Positions 9,518 to 18,502 of a DNA stretch of 64,000 nt are shown here, piece by piece. The notes under the pieces were generated by a model. It was not told the origin of the DNA. It saw only the letters and a program-made list of their open reading frames with translations, and ran no database searches. The position numbers were made by a program, and so were the translations under genes. Position 1 is the first letter of the stretch. Every line of letters starts with the position of its first letter. Source of the stretch: an uncultured Christensenella sp. (GTDB lineage Bacteria > Bacillota > Clostridia > Christensenellales > UBA1242); the NCBI GenBank assembly GCA_910584295.1, contig CAJTYR010000007.1:4469-68468 (forward strand), in the 5' to 3' direction.

Positions 9518-10066
9518 ATGAAAAACTATTTTATTATTCATGGAAGTTTTGGAAGCAGTCAGTCAAACTGGTTCCCTTGGCTTGAAGAAAAAATCGAGCG
9601 GGGGGGGCATAAGTGCTTCTGTCTTGACTTTCCAGTAGGTGTCGGAAGACAAAACTATCAAAATTGGGAGTTGGTGCTTGACAGCGTCAAGAGATTTATA
9701 ACGGAAGAAAGTGTTTTCTTTTGCCATTCAATCTCTTGCATCTTTTTGGTGAAATATTGCATCAAAAACAACATCAAAATTGGTAGAGCTGTGCTTGTGT
9801 CTGGTTTTAATCATTATCTTGGTCTTGATGAAGATTACGATGATGTAAATTGCACAATGTATACAAATTATGCAAGCAAATTTAAGGATTTGTGCAAAGA
9901 AAGGGTTTGTTATTTGGCAAAAAATGATCCTTATGTCAAATTTGACAAATTAAAGGAATTTGCAAACCTTATTGATGCAAAAGAGATTGTTTCAAACAAC
10001 GCTGGGCATTTCAACAAAGATTCTGGATTTGCAGAATTTGAAGATTTGCTTAAATATGTTAAATAG
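9518..10066 (+). CDS. Alpha/beta serine hydrolase, YdeN/RBBP9-like
   Basis: IIHGSFGSSQSNWFPWL N-terminus and the HS-containing elbow FCHSISC. RBS GAGGAG ahead of the ATG at 9518. Confidence 0.6.
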   Translation: MKNYFIIHGSFGSSQSNWFPWLEEKIERGGHKCFCLDFPVGVGRQNYQNWELVLDSVKRFITEESVFFCHSISCIFLVKYCIKNNIKIGRAVLVSGFNHYLGLDEDYDDVNCTMYTNYASKFKDLCKERVCYLAKNDPYVKFDKLKEFANLIDAKEIVSNNAGHFNKDSGFAEFEDLLKYVK

Positions 10067-10148
10067 AAAAATATAAGCCTTGCAAAAGCAGGGCTTTTTC
10101 TTTTTGTTTTTTAAGAAAATATGATAAAATGATTTATGGAGAAAAGTT

Positions 10149-10631
10149 ATGGCAGATAATATGCACATTTTGGAAATAAGTAAAAATGAGATGCCAGTTG
10201 GCATAAATGCACTTATTGTAAAAGACAATAAAGTTCTTTTAGGGCTTCGAATTGGAAAACGAGGAGGTTCTGGAAACTGGGGACTTATTGGCGGAAAGGC
10301 AAGATGTGGAGAAAGTATTGAACAGACGATGCAAAGAGAGCTGAAGGAGGAAATTGACATTGATGTGAAGATTGAAGATATGAAAGTTGTCAATCTATTC
10401 ACAACTCAATCAAGTGAAAGCATATTGTTCTATCAGATTGGAATTTTGATTTCAAATTTTAGTGGAGAGATCAAAAATATGGAGCCATCCAAATGTGGGG
10501 AACTTCGTTTCTTTGATTTGAATGATTTGCCGGAAAATCTCTTTCTTGGGACAAAGGGGAATATTGAACTTTTCAAGCGTGGAGAATTTTATAACAGGGC
10601 TGTTAATTTTGATTATAGAAATAAAAAATAA
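10149..10631 (+). CDS. NUDIX hydrolase
   Basis: Nudix box GGKARCGESIEQTMQRELKEEIDI. Confidence 0.85.
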   Translation: MADNMHILEISKNEMPVGINALIVKDNKVLLGLRIGKRGGSGNWGLIGGKARCGESIEQTMQRELKEEIDIDVKIEDMKVVNLFTTQSSESILFYQIGILISNFSGEIKNMEPSKCGELRFFDLNDLPENLFLGTKGNIELFKRGEFYNRAVNFDYRNKK

Positions 10632-10649
10632 CAATTTGAGGAGTTATTT

Positions 10650-11534
10650 ATGCAAAAAATTTATGATGTTTTGATTCTTGGTGGTGGTGTGGCAGGAATG
10701 AGTGCCGCTATCTATGCCAAGAGAAGTGGTGCTGATGTTGCAATTATAGAGAAAACTGCCCTTGGTGGAGCAACTGCGACTTTGACAAAAATTGAAAACT
10801 TTCCTTCTCAAACTGAAATAGATGGGGTTTCGCTTGCGCAAATGTTCTCAAAACAGGTGGAAAGTTTGGATGTTGAGACTCTTTATGATGATATTATTTC
10901 GACCAATTTAAAAGGCGATTTGAAGGTTTTAAATGGCAAACTTTCCTCATACAAAGCGAAGAAGATTATTATTGCCACTGGGATTTCTTATTTGGAATTA
11001 GGGAAAAACGAAAATGAGTTTTTGGGCAAAGGAGTGTCCTATTGTGCTGTGTGTGATGCAAATTTTTTCAAAGGGCAACAGGTTTGTGTTGTCAGTCGAA
11101 AGGGTAGTGGAATTAAGGATGCAAAATACCTATCAAAAATTGCCTCTTCAGTTTTGGTTTTTGATGAAGAAGATATGTCAGTCTTTGCTCAAGTAAACAA
11201 AGTTTCAAATATGAGTGTCGTTTCAAACACGAAAGTGGAAAAAATTGTTGGAAAAAATTTAGTTGAGGGTGTGCAAGTTATGGTTGACGGAAATGAAAAA
11301 TATTTTGAGACAAACGCTGTTTTTGTTGCATTGGGCAGAAAGCCTAAAACCGATATTTTTGGGAAGGAACTTGCTTTGGACTCTTTGGGCTTTATTAAAA
11401 CCGATGAAAATATGCAAACTTCAATATCAGGCGTTTTTGCTGTCGGGGATGTTCGTGCGGGAGTTATGAAGCAGATTGTAACAGCTTGCAGTGATGGTGC
11501 AATTGCTGGCAAAAAAGCAGGCGAGGGTTTGTAG
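10650..11534 (+). CDS. Thioredoxin-reductase-like flavoprotein lacking NADPH-binding motifs
   Basis: FAD motif ILGGGVAGMSAA, redox CAVC, C-terminal GVFAVGD. The second GxGxxA and the HRRxxxR motifs are replaced (VVSRKGSGIKDA; FDEEDMSVFA). Confidence 0.8.
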   Translation: MQKIYDVLILGGGVAGMSAAIYAKRSGADVAIIEKTALGGATATLTKIENFPSQTEIDGVSLAQMFSKQVESLDVETLYDDIISTNLKGDLKVLNGKLSSYKAKKIIIATGISYLELGKNENEFLGKGVSYCAVCDANFFKGQQVCVVSRKGSGIKDAKYLSKIASSVLVFDEEDMSVFAQVNKVSNMSVVSNTKVEKIVGKNLVEGVQVMVDGNEKYFETNAVFVALGRKPKTDIFGKELALDSLGFIKTDENMQTSISGVFAVGDVRAGVMKQIVTACSDGAIAGKKAGEGL

Positions 11535-11728
11535 CATTTGTTTTTTGATAATAAAAAAGCGAAACTTGAAAGTTTGTAGCAAGTTTGCTTTTTTTTTCAT
11601 ACCACTTAATATGGAAAAAGAACGAAAACAAAATTATAGAATTATTTGCGTCAAAGCGCCACGCTTCATGGTGCCATTTCTTAGAGCATTCTACAAGAAA
11701 AAGAGTTCAAAAGAAAACTGATAAGCAA

Positions 11729-11755
11729 TAAAAAACGAGGGTTTTAGCCCTCGTT
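11729..11755 (-). terminator. Intrinsic terminator of rpmB
   Basis: Hairpin ACGAGGG-TTTTAG-CCCTCGT; the A-run on the plus strand is a T-run on the minus strand. Confidence 0.7.
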
Positions 11756-11779
11756 ATGCATGCATAAATATGCAAAGTG

Positions 11780-11953
11780 TTAGTTTGCTTTTTTTGCTGT
11801 TTTGATGCATTTTGTGCAAGCTCTAACTTTTTTCCCTTTAATTTCAGTTGTTTGCAAATTTGCATTATATTTTTTTGGAGCTTTGTTGTTGGCATGGCTT
11901 ACTGTTTTGCCGTCCATTTTGCCTTTTCCACAAATTTCACATACTCTACTCAT
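11780..11953 (-). CDS. rpmB: 50S ribosomal protein L28 (57 aa, below the ORF-track cutoff)
   Basis: Manual translation: MSRVCEICGKGKMDGKTVSHANNKAPKKYNANLQTTEIKGKKVRACTKCIKTAKKAN. RBS GGAGAAAG. Divergent from Asp23-yloV, as in Bacillus. Confidence 0.9.
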   Translation of the reverse strand: MSRVCEICGKGKMDGKTVSHANNKAPKKYNANLQTTEIKGKKVRACTKCIKTAKKAN

Positions 11954-12175
11954 TGTCTTTCTCCTTTTAAATCATTGCTCTCTATGATAACACATCAAAA
12001 ACAAAAAATCAACCATTTTTGGACATCTTTATCATACAAATTTGCTTATTGAAGTATTATTTATTATAACTAGAGAAAGATAAGGCAAAAATTTTATGAA
12101 TTTATGGCAATTTGCTTGTCAAAAATTCGTCTATGTTGTATTATATATTTGCGAAATAATCTAAATACAAGGGAG

Positions 12176-12532
12176 ATGCTCGTGACAGTTGACACCAACA
12201 ACTACTATGGAAACATTTCAATCAGCGACAATGCAATCCGCACTGTTGCTGGTTTTGTTGCTTTGGACTGTTATGGGGTTGTTGACCTTGTTTCAAAAAA
12301 TTTTAGAGATAGTGCAAGAGAACTTTTCAGAAGAGAGAAGTATTCTAAAGGGGTCACTATCAGCCATATTGACAACCGAATTTTCATCGACATACACTGT
12401 ATTTTAAAGTATGGTGTGTCTATCAGTGCTGTGGCTGAATCGCTTAAAAAATCTGTCAAATATAGTGTCGAAAATTTTACTGGTATGATTGTTGATACAG
12501 TGAATGTTCACGTCGTTGGCGTGTGTGTATAA
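12176..12532 (+). CDS. Asp23/Gls24-family (alkaline shock) protein
   Basis: ISISDNAIRTVAGFVALDCYGVV is typical of Asp23/DUF322. Conserved position upstream of yloV. The start could be the GTG at 12182. Confidence 0.8.
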   Translation: MLVTVDTNNYYGNISISDNAIRTVAGFVALDCYGVVDLVSKNFRDSARELFRREKYSKGVTISHIDNRIFIDIHCILKYGVSISAVAESLKKSVKYSVENFTGMIVDTVNVHVVGVCV

Positions 12533-12548
12533 TATAGGAGCATAAGAT

Positions 12549-14183
12549 ATGCAAAAATCAATTAACGGGACAACCTTCCGCAAGATGGTTCTTGCTGGGG
12601 TAAGCCTTCTTGAACAAAATAAAGAGTATGTTGACTCATTGAATGTTTTTCCTGTTCCTGATGGGGACACCGGAACAAACATGTTTTTGACTATGAAATC
12701 TGCTGTCGGAGAAATAAACAAGTGCATGAACAATGACCTTGTTTCGTTGTCCGAGGCGTTTGCAAAAGGTGCACTTCGTGGGGCAAGAGGAAATAGTGGG
12801 GTTATCACCTCACAGATTTTCAAAGGATTCTGCTCTGTCACAAAAAATTGTAAAGAGGTGACAACAAAAGACTTTGCAAAGGCAATGCAAGAGGGTGCAA
12901 CCATTGCATATAAGGCAGTCACAAAGCCAAAAGAGGGGACAATTTTGACTGTCATTCGTGTTATGGCAGAAAATGCTGTTGCACTTGCAAAGAAGCATGA
13001 TGATTTTGAGACTTTCCTTCGCAAAGTGTGTGAAACTGGTGAAGAAATCCTTAAACAAACCCCAGAAATGCTTCCAGTTTTGAAAAAAGCTGGCGTTGTT
13101 GATTCTGGTGGTCGTGGAATTTTGGTGATTTTCACAGGTTTTTCTCGCTATATCAATGGTGAAGAAGACCTTGAATACACTTTTGAGGATGATACAAAGC
13201 CACAAACAGTGGATGATGTCATTGCCGACATCAACAATTTGGGCGAAATTGAGTTTGGCTATTGCACTGAATATATGATTATCAACATGCACAAGAAGAC
13301 AACCGAAGCTGACATTGACAAACTTCGTGAAAGATTGATGGAAATTGGTGATTCTGTCATTTGCATAGGTGATTTGTCGCTTGTTAAAGTTCATGTGCAT
13401 ACAAATGATCCACATAAAGCACTTGGTTACGCTTTGGAACTTGGTGAACTCTTTAATTTGAAAATTGAGAACATGAGAGAGCAAAACAGAGCTCTCAAGA
13501 AGAAGGCTCAAGCAGTTGAAGAGACAAAGGAAATTGGAATGATTGCTGTTGCTCCTGGTGATGGACTTGGACAAATTTTCACAGAACTTACAGTTGATGA
13601 AATCATTCTTGGTGGACAAACAATGAATCCAAGTGCAGAGGACATTGCAAATGCAGCGGAAAAAGTGCCTGCAAGAAACATCTTTGTCTTCCCAAACAAC
13701 AAAAACATTGTTTTGGCAGCAGAGCAAGCCAATGATGTGACAAACAAAAATCTTATTGTCATTCCAACAAAAAGCGTTCCAGAAGGAATTGCTGCTTCAA
13801 TTGCGTTCAATCCAGATGCAAGTGTTGAAGAAAATCAAAATGCAATGCTTGAGGCAATCAGAAGTGTGCGTTCTGGATCTGTTACTTATGCTGTCAGAGA
13901 CACTCATGTTGATGGTTTTGACCTTACGAAAGGCGAAATTATTGGGCTTGACGACAAAGCGATTTTGGCAAAGGGAAACCTTGTGAGTGAGACAACTGAA
14001 AAGCTTGTTGAAGCGCTTATGAGTGACACAGTGATGAACATCACACTCTTCTATGGTGAGGACATCAGAGAAGACGAAGCAGAAGCTCTTCAAACAAAAT
14101 TGGCAGAAAAATATCCAGATTGCGAAGTGACTGTCGCAAATGGCGGACAACCAGTTTACTATTATTTGTTGTCTTTGGAATAA
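12549..14183 (+). CDS. yloV: DAK2-domain fusion protein YloV
   Basis: N-terminal DhaL/Dak2 signature (PVPDGDTGTNM, GARGNSGVI) plus the YloV C-terminal domain. Synteny with rpmB and Asp23. Confidence 0.85.
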   Translation: MQKSINGTTFRKMVLAGVSLLEQNKEYVDSLNVFPVPDGDTGTNMFLTMKSAVGEINKCMNNDLVSLSEAFAKGALRGARGNSGVITSQIFKGFCSVTKNCKEVTTKDFAKAMQEGATIAYKAVTKPKEGTILTVIRVMAENAVALAKKHDDFETFLRKVCETGEEILKQTPEMLPVLKKAGVVDSGGRGILVIFTGFSRYINGEEDLEYTFEDDTKPQTVDDVIADINNLGEIEFGYCTEYMIINMHKKTTEADIDKLRERLMEIGDSVICIGDLSLVKVHVHTNDPHKALGYALELGELFNLKIENMREQNRALKKKAQAVEETKEIGMIAVAPGDGLGQIFTELTVDEIILGGQTMNPSAEDIANAAEKVPARNIFVFPNNKNIVLAAEQANDVTNKNLIVIPTKSVPEGIAASIAFNPDASVEENQNAMLEAIRSVRSGSVTYAVRDTHVDGFDLTKGEIIGLDDKAILAKGNLVSETTEKLVEALMSDTVMNITLFYGEDIREDEAEALQTKLAEKYPDCEVTVANGGQPVYYYLLSLE

Positions 14184-14235
14184 TGGATATTTGTTCGACA
14201 ATTAAAGAATATCGTTATATAAAAATAATCAAAAA

Positions 14236-14262
14236 GAAGACTGATTTCAGTCTTCTTTTTTT
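14236..14262. terminator. Bidirectional intrinsic terminator
   Basis: Hairpin GAAGACTGA-TTT-CAGTCTTC with A/T runs. It overlaps the 3' end of the convergent minus-strand gene. Confidence 0.75.
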
Positions 14263-14690
14263 GTTGTTTTTGATTCTCTTGTTTGCATCGAATTCGTGAC
14301 ATTTGGTTCTTTTTTCGTCATATCATTTCCGCAATAAGGGCAAAATGGAAGTTCGTTTTTAAGTATCATTCCACATCTTTGACAAACCGGAAGAACTTTC
14401 TCAACAAATGGGCATATTTGATTGTAAAGCACAAGTTCCAAAATTGTGGTTACAATCAAAGTTGTGATAAACCAAGCACAACCGCCATATAAATTCCATT
14501 TGTAAGTGTTGATGAGTTCTTCAGTGGCAATTTTGTCTGCTGTTGTGGTGTCATCCATGAGTTTCAAACTTGAAATGGTGTCAGAAGTGGTGATTATATT
14601 ATGTATGAAATATATCAAAAGCATAACTGCACACAAAAATACAAAAAACATTGCCCAACAAAATATCTTCTTTTTTGTTTGTGTTAACAT
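14247..14690 (-). CDS. Membrane protein with C-terminal zinc ribbon
   Basis: Two hydrophobic segments, then CQRCG...CPYCG. Confidence 0.6.
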   Translation of the reverse strand: MLTQTKKKIFCWAMFFVFLCAVMLLIYFIHNIITTSDTISSLKLMDDTTTADKIATEELINTYKWNLYGGCAWFITTLIVTTILELVLYNQICPFVEKVLPVCQRCGMILKNELPFCPYCGNDMTKKEPNVTNSMQTRESKTTKKED

Positions 14691-14831
14691 TTTTCCTCCT
14701 TTCTCACAAAGAATATCACATTGGGGGGCAAGCGATTTTTGGCTGTAGTTTTAAAATTTTTGGGTATTGACAATGGGAGGAAATTGGAGTATTATTAAAC
14801 AAGATATAAATATATTAAAAAGAGGATTAAT

Positions 14832-15836
14832 ATGAAAGATAAAAGAAGTTTGAGACCAAACAATGAAGAAAAACTTGGAATTCCTCTGTCAGAAGAGATT
14901 TTCATAAGAATGGGCAAAAATCCAATCTATGAAACTATGAAGAATATTGGGCTTGCTCCAAGAGAAGTGGAATATCAAGTCTATCAAGCCGTTTCAAAGT
15001 CTTTTGCAGAGTGGTTTGACGAACTTTATTTGTTTTCTGGAAAGAAAGCGAATATTCAATTCATCAATTATGGTGATACAGAACTCGTGTATGTGCTTAA
15101 ATATGGAGATGAAAAATTTACCATGCTGATTGGGCAGCCACAAACCCCAATGGGACAAATTAAGCAAGAAGCGGAATTGCTTCAAAAATATGCAAAAAAT
15201 GACTCAAAGAGTGTGGTGGCTCCATTGAGATATTTTGTTGCAGCTTCTCCATTTCTTGATGAAGAAAAGGACTATTTCCGTCAATTTAAGAAAGAAGCAT
15301 TCATCACATCATACCACAATCAAGCGAGATGCATTGCAAGTGATAAACATTTGGGCTATGGAATCTATGTGCCAGAACCAGAGTATCATTTTGAGCCTTT
15401 CACCCACGAAGAAAGCGAGATTGTTTGCACTTGTATGGTTGCAAAACTTGTTATGCTTTATGATCAAAAGACAAAAAGTGGAATTTCCGCCTGCAAACTT
15501 GGTGGAGGGGACTTCATTCTTGATAAGGAATGGGACAGAGAACATATAAATGCCACTAACACTCTTCAGAACATGAAGTTAACTGCAGCAAGACAAGAAA
15601 TAAAGTGTTCCCTTGAAGAATACATCACAATCTTGAGAAGAGAATTGGGACAAAGAACATATTATAGTAATGAAGAAGAAAGAGATAAAAGCATCTTAAT
15701 AAATTATAAAAATAGATGTGGAATGACGAGTTCGGCAATTGAAAAGGGAATTGCTGTTGGTTTAAGCTTAAGGAATACTAAATCTAAAACTACAAAAAAA
15801 TCACGGTTACCAAATCCAACTCCAACAAAAAAATAA
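14832..15836 (+). CDS. Hypothetical protein, possibly a degenerate kinase-like (APH/CotS-type) fold
   Basis: 334-aa ORF with RBS AGAGGA. FINYGDTELVYVL resembles a kinase N-lobe and GGGDFIL sits where HGDxxxxN would be. Weak, eye-level similarity only. Confidence 0.55.
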   Translation: MKDKRSLRPNNEEKLGIPLSEEIFIRMGKNPIYETMKNIGLAPREVEYQVYQAVSKSFAEWFDELYLFSGKKANIQFINYGDTELVYVLKYGDEKFTMLIGQPQTPMGQIKQEAELLQKYAKNDSKSVVAPLRYFVAASPFLDEEKDYFRQFKKEAFITSYHNQARCIASDKHLGYGIYVPEPEYHFEPFTHEESEIVCTCMVAKLVMLYDQKTKSGISACKLGGGDFILDKEWDREHINATNTLQNMKLTAARQEIKCSLEEYITILRRELGQRTYYSNEEERDKSILINYKNRCGMTSSAIEKGIAVGLSLRNTKSKTTKKSRLPNPTPTKK

Positions 15837-15954
15837 TTTTTCTAAATGCTAAAAAAAATAATAAAAAGAAGGGTAAACATATAAAACTTTCTTTTTTATA
15901 AATAAGCTTGACAAATTATATTGAATTTGTATAATAAATGTATAGGAGTTACGA

Positions 15955-16548
15955 ATGAAAAAGTTTGTGAATATGTGTAAAAAATCACTTTTGATCGCAA
16001 CAAGCACTGTCTTTTTGTGTTTTATGATTGCTGTGATTGTTATTTCATGCTTGCCACATGGAAATAAATATGTGTTTAAGATGAGCATCATGGGCATCTC
16101 TGAAAAAATTGTGTATGAATTAAAAGATGACACGCTTGAAGTTCGTGCGTATGTGAATGGTATTGATGTCACAAAAGATATGTTTGGTCAAGATGTTATT
16201 TCTGCAAAGTATTTCATCAAAGATGGAGTTTTGTTTACAGAAAATGGCGGAAATGTTACAAGAGTTGGAAAGATCAATGCTTACACCATTGTTTTGGACT
16301 CAAGCAACGAAGAGGCAGAAAAGTTTAAAGGCATGAAACTCAAATGTCCAGTCACTTGCGGACTTCGAGATTTCAGCATTTCAATGATTGTTATTTCTGG
16401 CGTTGGGGCGATTGGATGTGTTGTTTTGCTTGTTCTTGACAAAAAAGGAAAAATCAAATATAAAGAAGCTGTGGCAACTGAAAATGCACCAACTGTTGAA
16501 AGCACTTCAGTTGAACAACCTTCAGAAAATGTTAAAATTGATGAGTAA
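15955..16548 (+). CDS. Hypothetical membrane protein
   Basis: N-terminal and C-terminal hydrophobic helices. RBS AGGAG. Confidence 0.6.
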   Translation: MKKFVNMCKKSLLIATSTVFLCFMIAVIVISCLPHGNKYVFKMSIMGISEKIVYELKDDTLEVRAYVNGIDVTKDMFGQDVISAKYFIKDGVLFTENGGNVTRVGKINAYTIVLDSSNEEAEKFKGMKLKCPVTCGLRDFSISMIVISGVGAIGCVVLLVLDKKGKIKYKEAVATENAPTVESTSVEQPSENVKIDE

Positions 16549-16660
16549 TTATATAAGAAAGAAAAAGACTGAAAACTCAGTCTTTTTTTGATGTGAAAGT
16601 CGCATTTTTAAACATTCTTGCATATCTTGATAGTGTATAGACTTTAAGGAGGATTTTGAA

Positions 16661-17323
16661 ATGTCTTTTTACATCAATAATACAAATCCAAACAAGCCTG
16701 GTCCAATTTGTGGAAATCCAAACAATGGAATCTGCGAAAAGGTTTTGCTTTCAGCAACAAAGGTTTTTGATGCCTGTGTCTGCACAACAACTGAACCTGG
16801 TGTGATTTTGCAAGTTTCTGGTTTCAATCCAGAAAATCCAACTTTGCCACTTACTTACATTTCTGCTGAAAACAGCGTGGGAGTTCCTGTGACTGTTTCA
16901 GATCTTGTGATTGACAGACTTGAAACATGCCCAAATTATGCAAATGTAAGTTTTGTTGTGACAATCCCAGTGACCGTTACATATCGTGACGCAAATGGGG
17001 TGGTTGGAACAGCATCAGCAACAGTGACGGTCAACAAATCAGTTTTACTTTTTGTTCCACAACCAGCAATGAGTCCAGTGAATATTGATGTGTCAGCAAC
17101 ATTCTCAAGCAGAATTGGCACATTCACTTCACCTGATATCTTCACTGTGACAGGTTGCATAAGAATCATCATCAAAGTAACCAGTCTTGTTGATGTGCTT
17201 GTGCCATCATATGGCTATCCACATCTTCCACCATGTCAGACAGCGCCACAAAACGCTTGCCCTGGTCTTGAAGATTTGCCAATCTACCCAACTGCAACGA
17301 ATGACACAAATTTTAATGCATAG
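16661..17323 (+). CDS. Hypothetical Thr/Val/Pro-rich beta-type protein with paired Cys
   Basis: Strong RBS AAGGAGG. No signal peptide. Composition is distinct from its neighbours. A terminator follows. Confidence 0.65.
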   Translation: MSFYINNTNPNKPGPICGNPNNGICEKVLLSATKVFDACVCTTTEPGVILQVSGFNPENPTLPLTYISAENSVGVPVTVSDLVIDRLETCPNYANVSFVVTIPVTVTYRDANGVVGTASATVTVNKSVLLFVPQPAMSPVNIDVSATFSSRIGTFTSPDIFTVTGCIRIIIKVTSLVDVLVPSYGYPHLPPCQTAPQNACPGLEDLPIYPTATNDTNFNA

Positions 17324-17378
17324 GATTTGAAAAAACACACCCACATCGAGTGTGTTTTTTTGAAGATTTCTATTGATG

Positions 17379-17699
17379 TTATTTGTTGTCCAAACTTCCT
17401 TGGATGTAGGATTGTATGCGGTCGCACAAATTGTCGTCAAGTGTGCATACTCTTTCCACAAGTTGTTTTTGCTTTGGTGTCAGTGTGCTTTTATCAAGAA
17501 GATATGGCACATTATGTTCAAGCAAGTTGTCTGTTGTTGTGTGGAAAAAGTCGGCAAGCGCTTTAATGGTTGCAATATCAGGTTCAGAAATACCTTGTTC
17601 GTAATTGCCATAAGTGGATGTTGACATGTTTAAAGCCGATGCAATGTCTCTTTGTGACAATTTAATTAATGCTCTCAATTCTTTTAATTTATCTTTCAT
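17379..17699 (-). CDS. XRE-family HTH regulator
   Basis: LKELRALIKLSQRDIASALNMSTSTYGNYEQG...ALADFF. Divergent from 17846-18046. Palindrome CCTATAA-CAAAA-TTATAGG at 17708-17726. Confidence 0.8.
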   Translation of the reverse strand: MKDKLKELRALIKLSQRDIASALNMSTSTYGNYEQGISEPDIATIKALADFFHTTTDNLLEHNVPYLLDKSTLTPKQKQLVERVCTLDDNLCDRIQSYIQGSLDNK

Positions 17700-17845
17700 A
17701 ATTTTATCCTATAACAAAATTATAGGTTTTATCATAAATATTTCCATTTTTTGGTCTTTTTGCTTTGAAAATCGCCATAATTGTGTTATCATCAAATATC
17801 ATCTCACTAAAAAATGGTGGAATGTAACAAGGGAGTGATTAAAAA

Positions 17846-18046
17846 ATGGTAAATTATAATGTTAAAATGATTGAAAGATACATGAAAGTCCATGGCATGT
17901 CCAAAGCTGGTTTTTGTGATTTTTGTGGTGTTCCAGAAGACACAGTTGACAAGATGTATGCAAAAGATGGAAGTGTGTTTTCAGAAGATTTGGTTAAAGT
18001 TGCATCTGCACTTTTCGTCCGTGTTGATGATTTTTTGAATAGGTAA
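17846..18046 (+). CDS. Small HTH-like protein (66 aa), copy 1
   Basis: RBS AAGGGAG. A near-identical paralogue lies at 18503-18703. Confidence 0.7.
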   Translation: MVNYNVKMIERYMKVHGMSKAGFCDFCGVPEDTVDKMYAKDGSVFSEDLVKVASALFVRVDDFLNR

Positions 18047-18092
18047 TAAAAAGAATTACAAAATAAGAAGCACACCAAATTTGGTGTGTTTT

Positions 18093-18326
18093 TTAATCTT
18101 CCAAATCATTGAAAATTGGACTGTCAAAAAATTCTGCAAAGGTGATGCCCAAACCAGAGCAAAGATATTGAATGGTTGCAAGCTTTGGATTTTTGCTTCT
18201 TCCTGAGAAAATGCTGTTGACAGTTGATTGAATGACGCCACTCATGGTGCAAAGTTTGTTTGGGGTGATGTTCCTTTCGCGACAAAATTCCATTATTCTT
18301 TTTCCAACTGCTTCATGTAATTTCAT
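18093..18326 (-). CDS. XRE-family HTH regulator
   Basis: MKLHEAVGKRIMEFCRERNITPNKLCTMSGVIQSTVNSI...; RBS AAAGGAGAA ahead of the ATG at 18326. Confidence 0.8.
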   Translation of the reverse strand: MKLHEAVGKRIMEFCRERNITPNKLCTMSGVIQSTVNSIFSGRSKNPKLATIQYLCSGLGITFAEFFDSPIFNDLED

Positions 18327-18356
18327 ATTCCTATTTTCTCCTTTTGTTGTTGATGT

Positions 18357-18420
18357 ATTCACAAAAATTTTATCAAAACGTGCATTATAAAGGTTGTGAA
18401 TGTATGCACATGTTGTGAAT
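18357..18420. promoter_or_regulatory. Three TTGTGAAT operator-like sites in a divergent promoter region
   Basis: ATTCACAA (18357-18364, inverted), TTGTGAAT (18394-18401) and TTGTGAAT (18413-18420). A TTGACA follows at 18424-18429. Confidence 0.5.
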
Positions 18421-18502
18421 GTGTTGACAACAAATATGAAAATAAGCTATTATATTTACATCGCCAAAGAACAATATTGTGGTGAAATTGAAAGGAGAAA
18501 AA

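Noticed and set aside
11491-11721. 76-aa ORF (or 37 aa from the ATG near 11611) between trxB and rpmB
   Set aside because: It runs through the trxB terminator hairpin, has no RBS, and lies between two convergent terminators.
12404-13727. Long minus-strand ORFs (243 aa at 12404-13135 and 305 aa at 12810-13727) opposite yloV
   Set aside because: The plus strand carries unmistakable DAK2/YloV motifs. The antisense translations are low-complexity (Phe/Cys/Ser/Asn-rich) with no RBS, which is typical of shadow ORFs.
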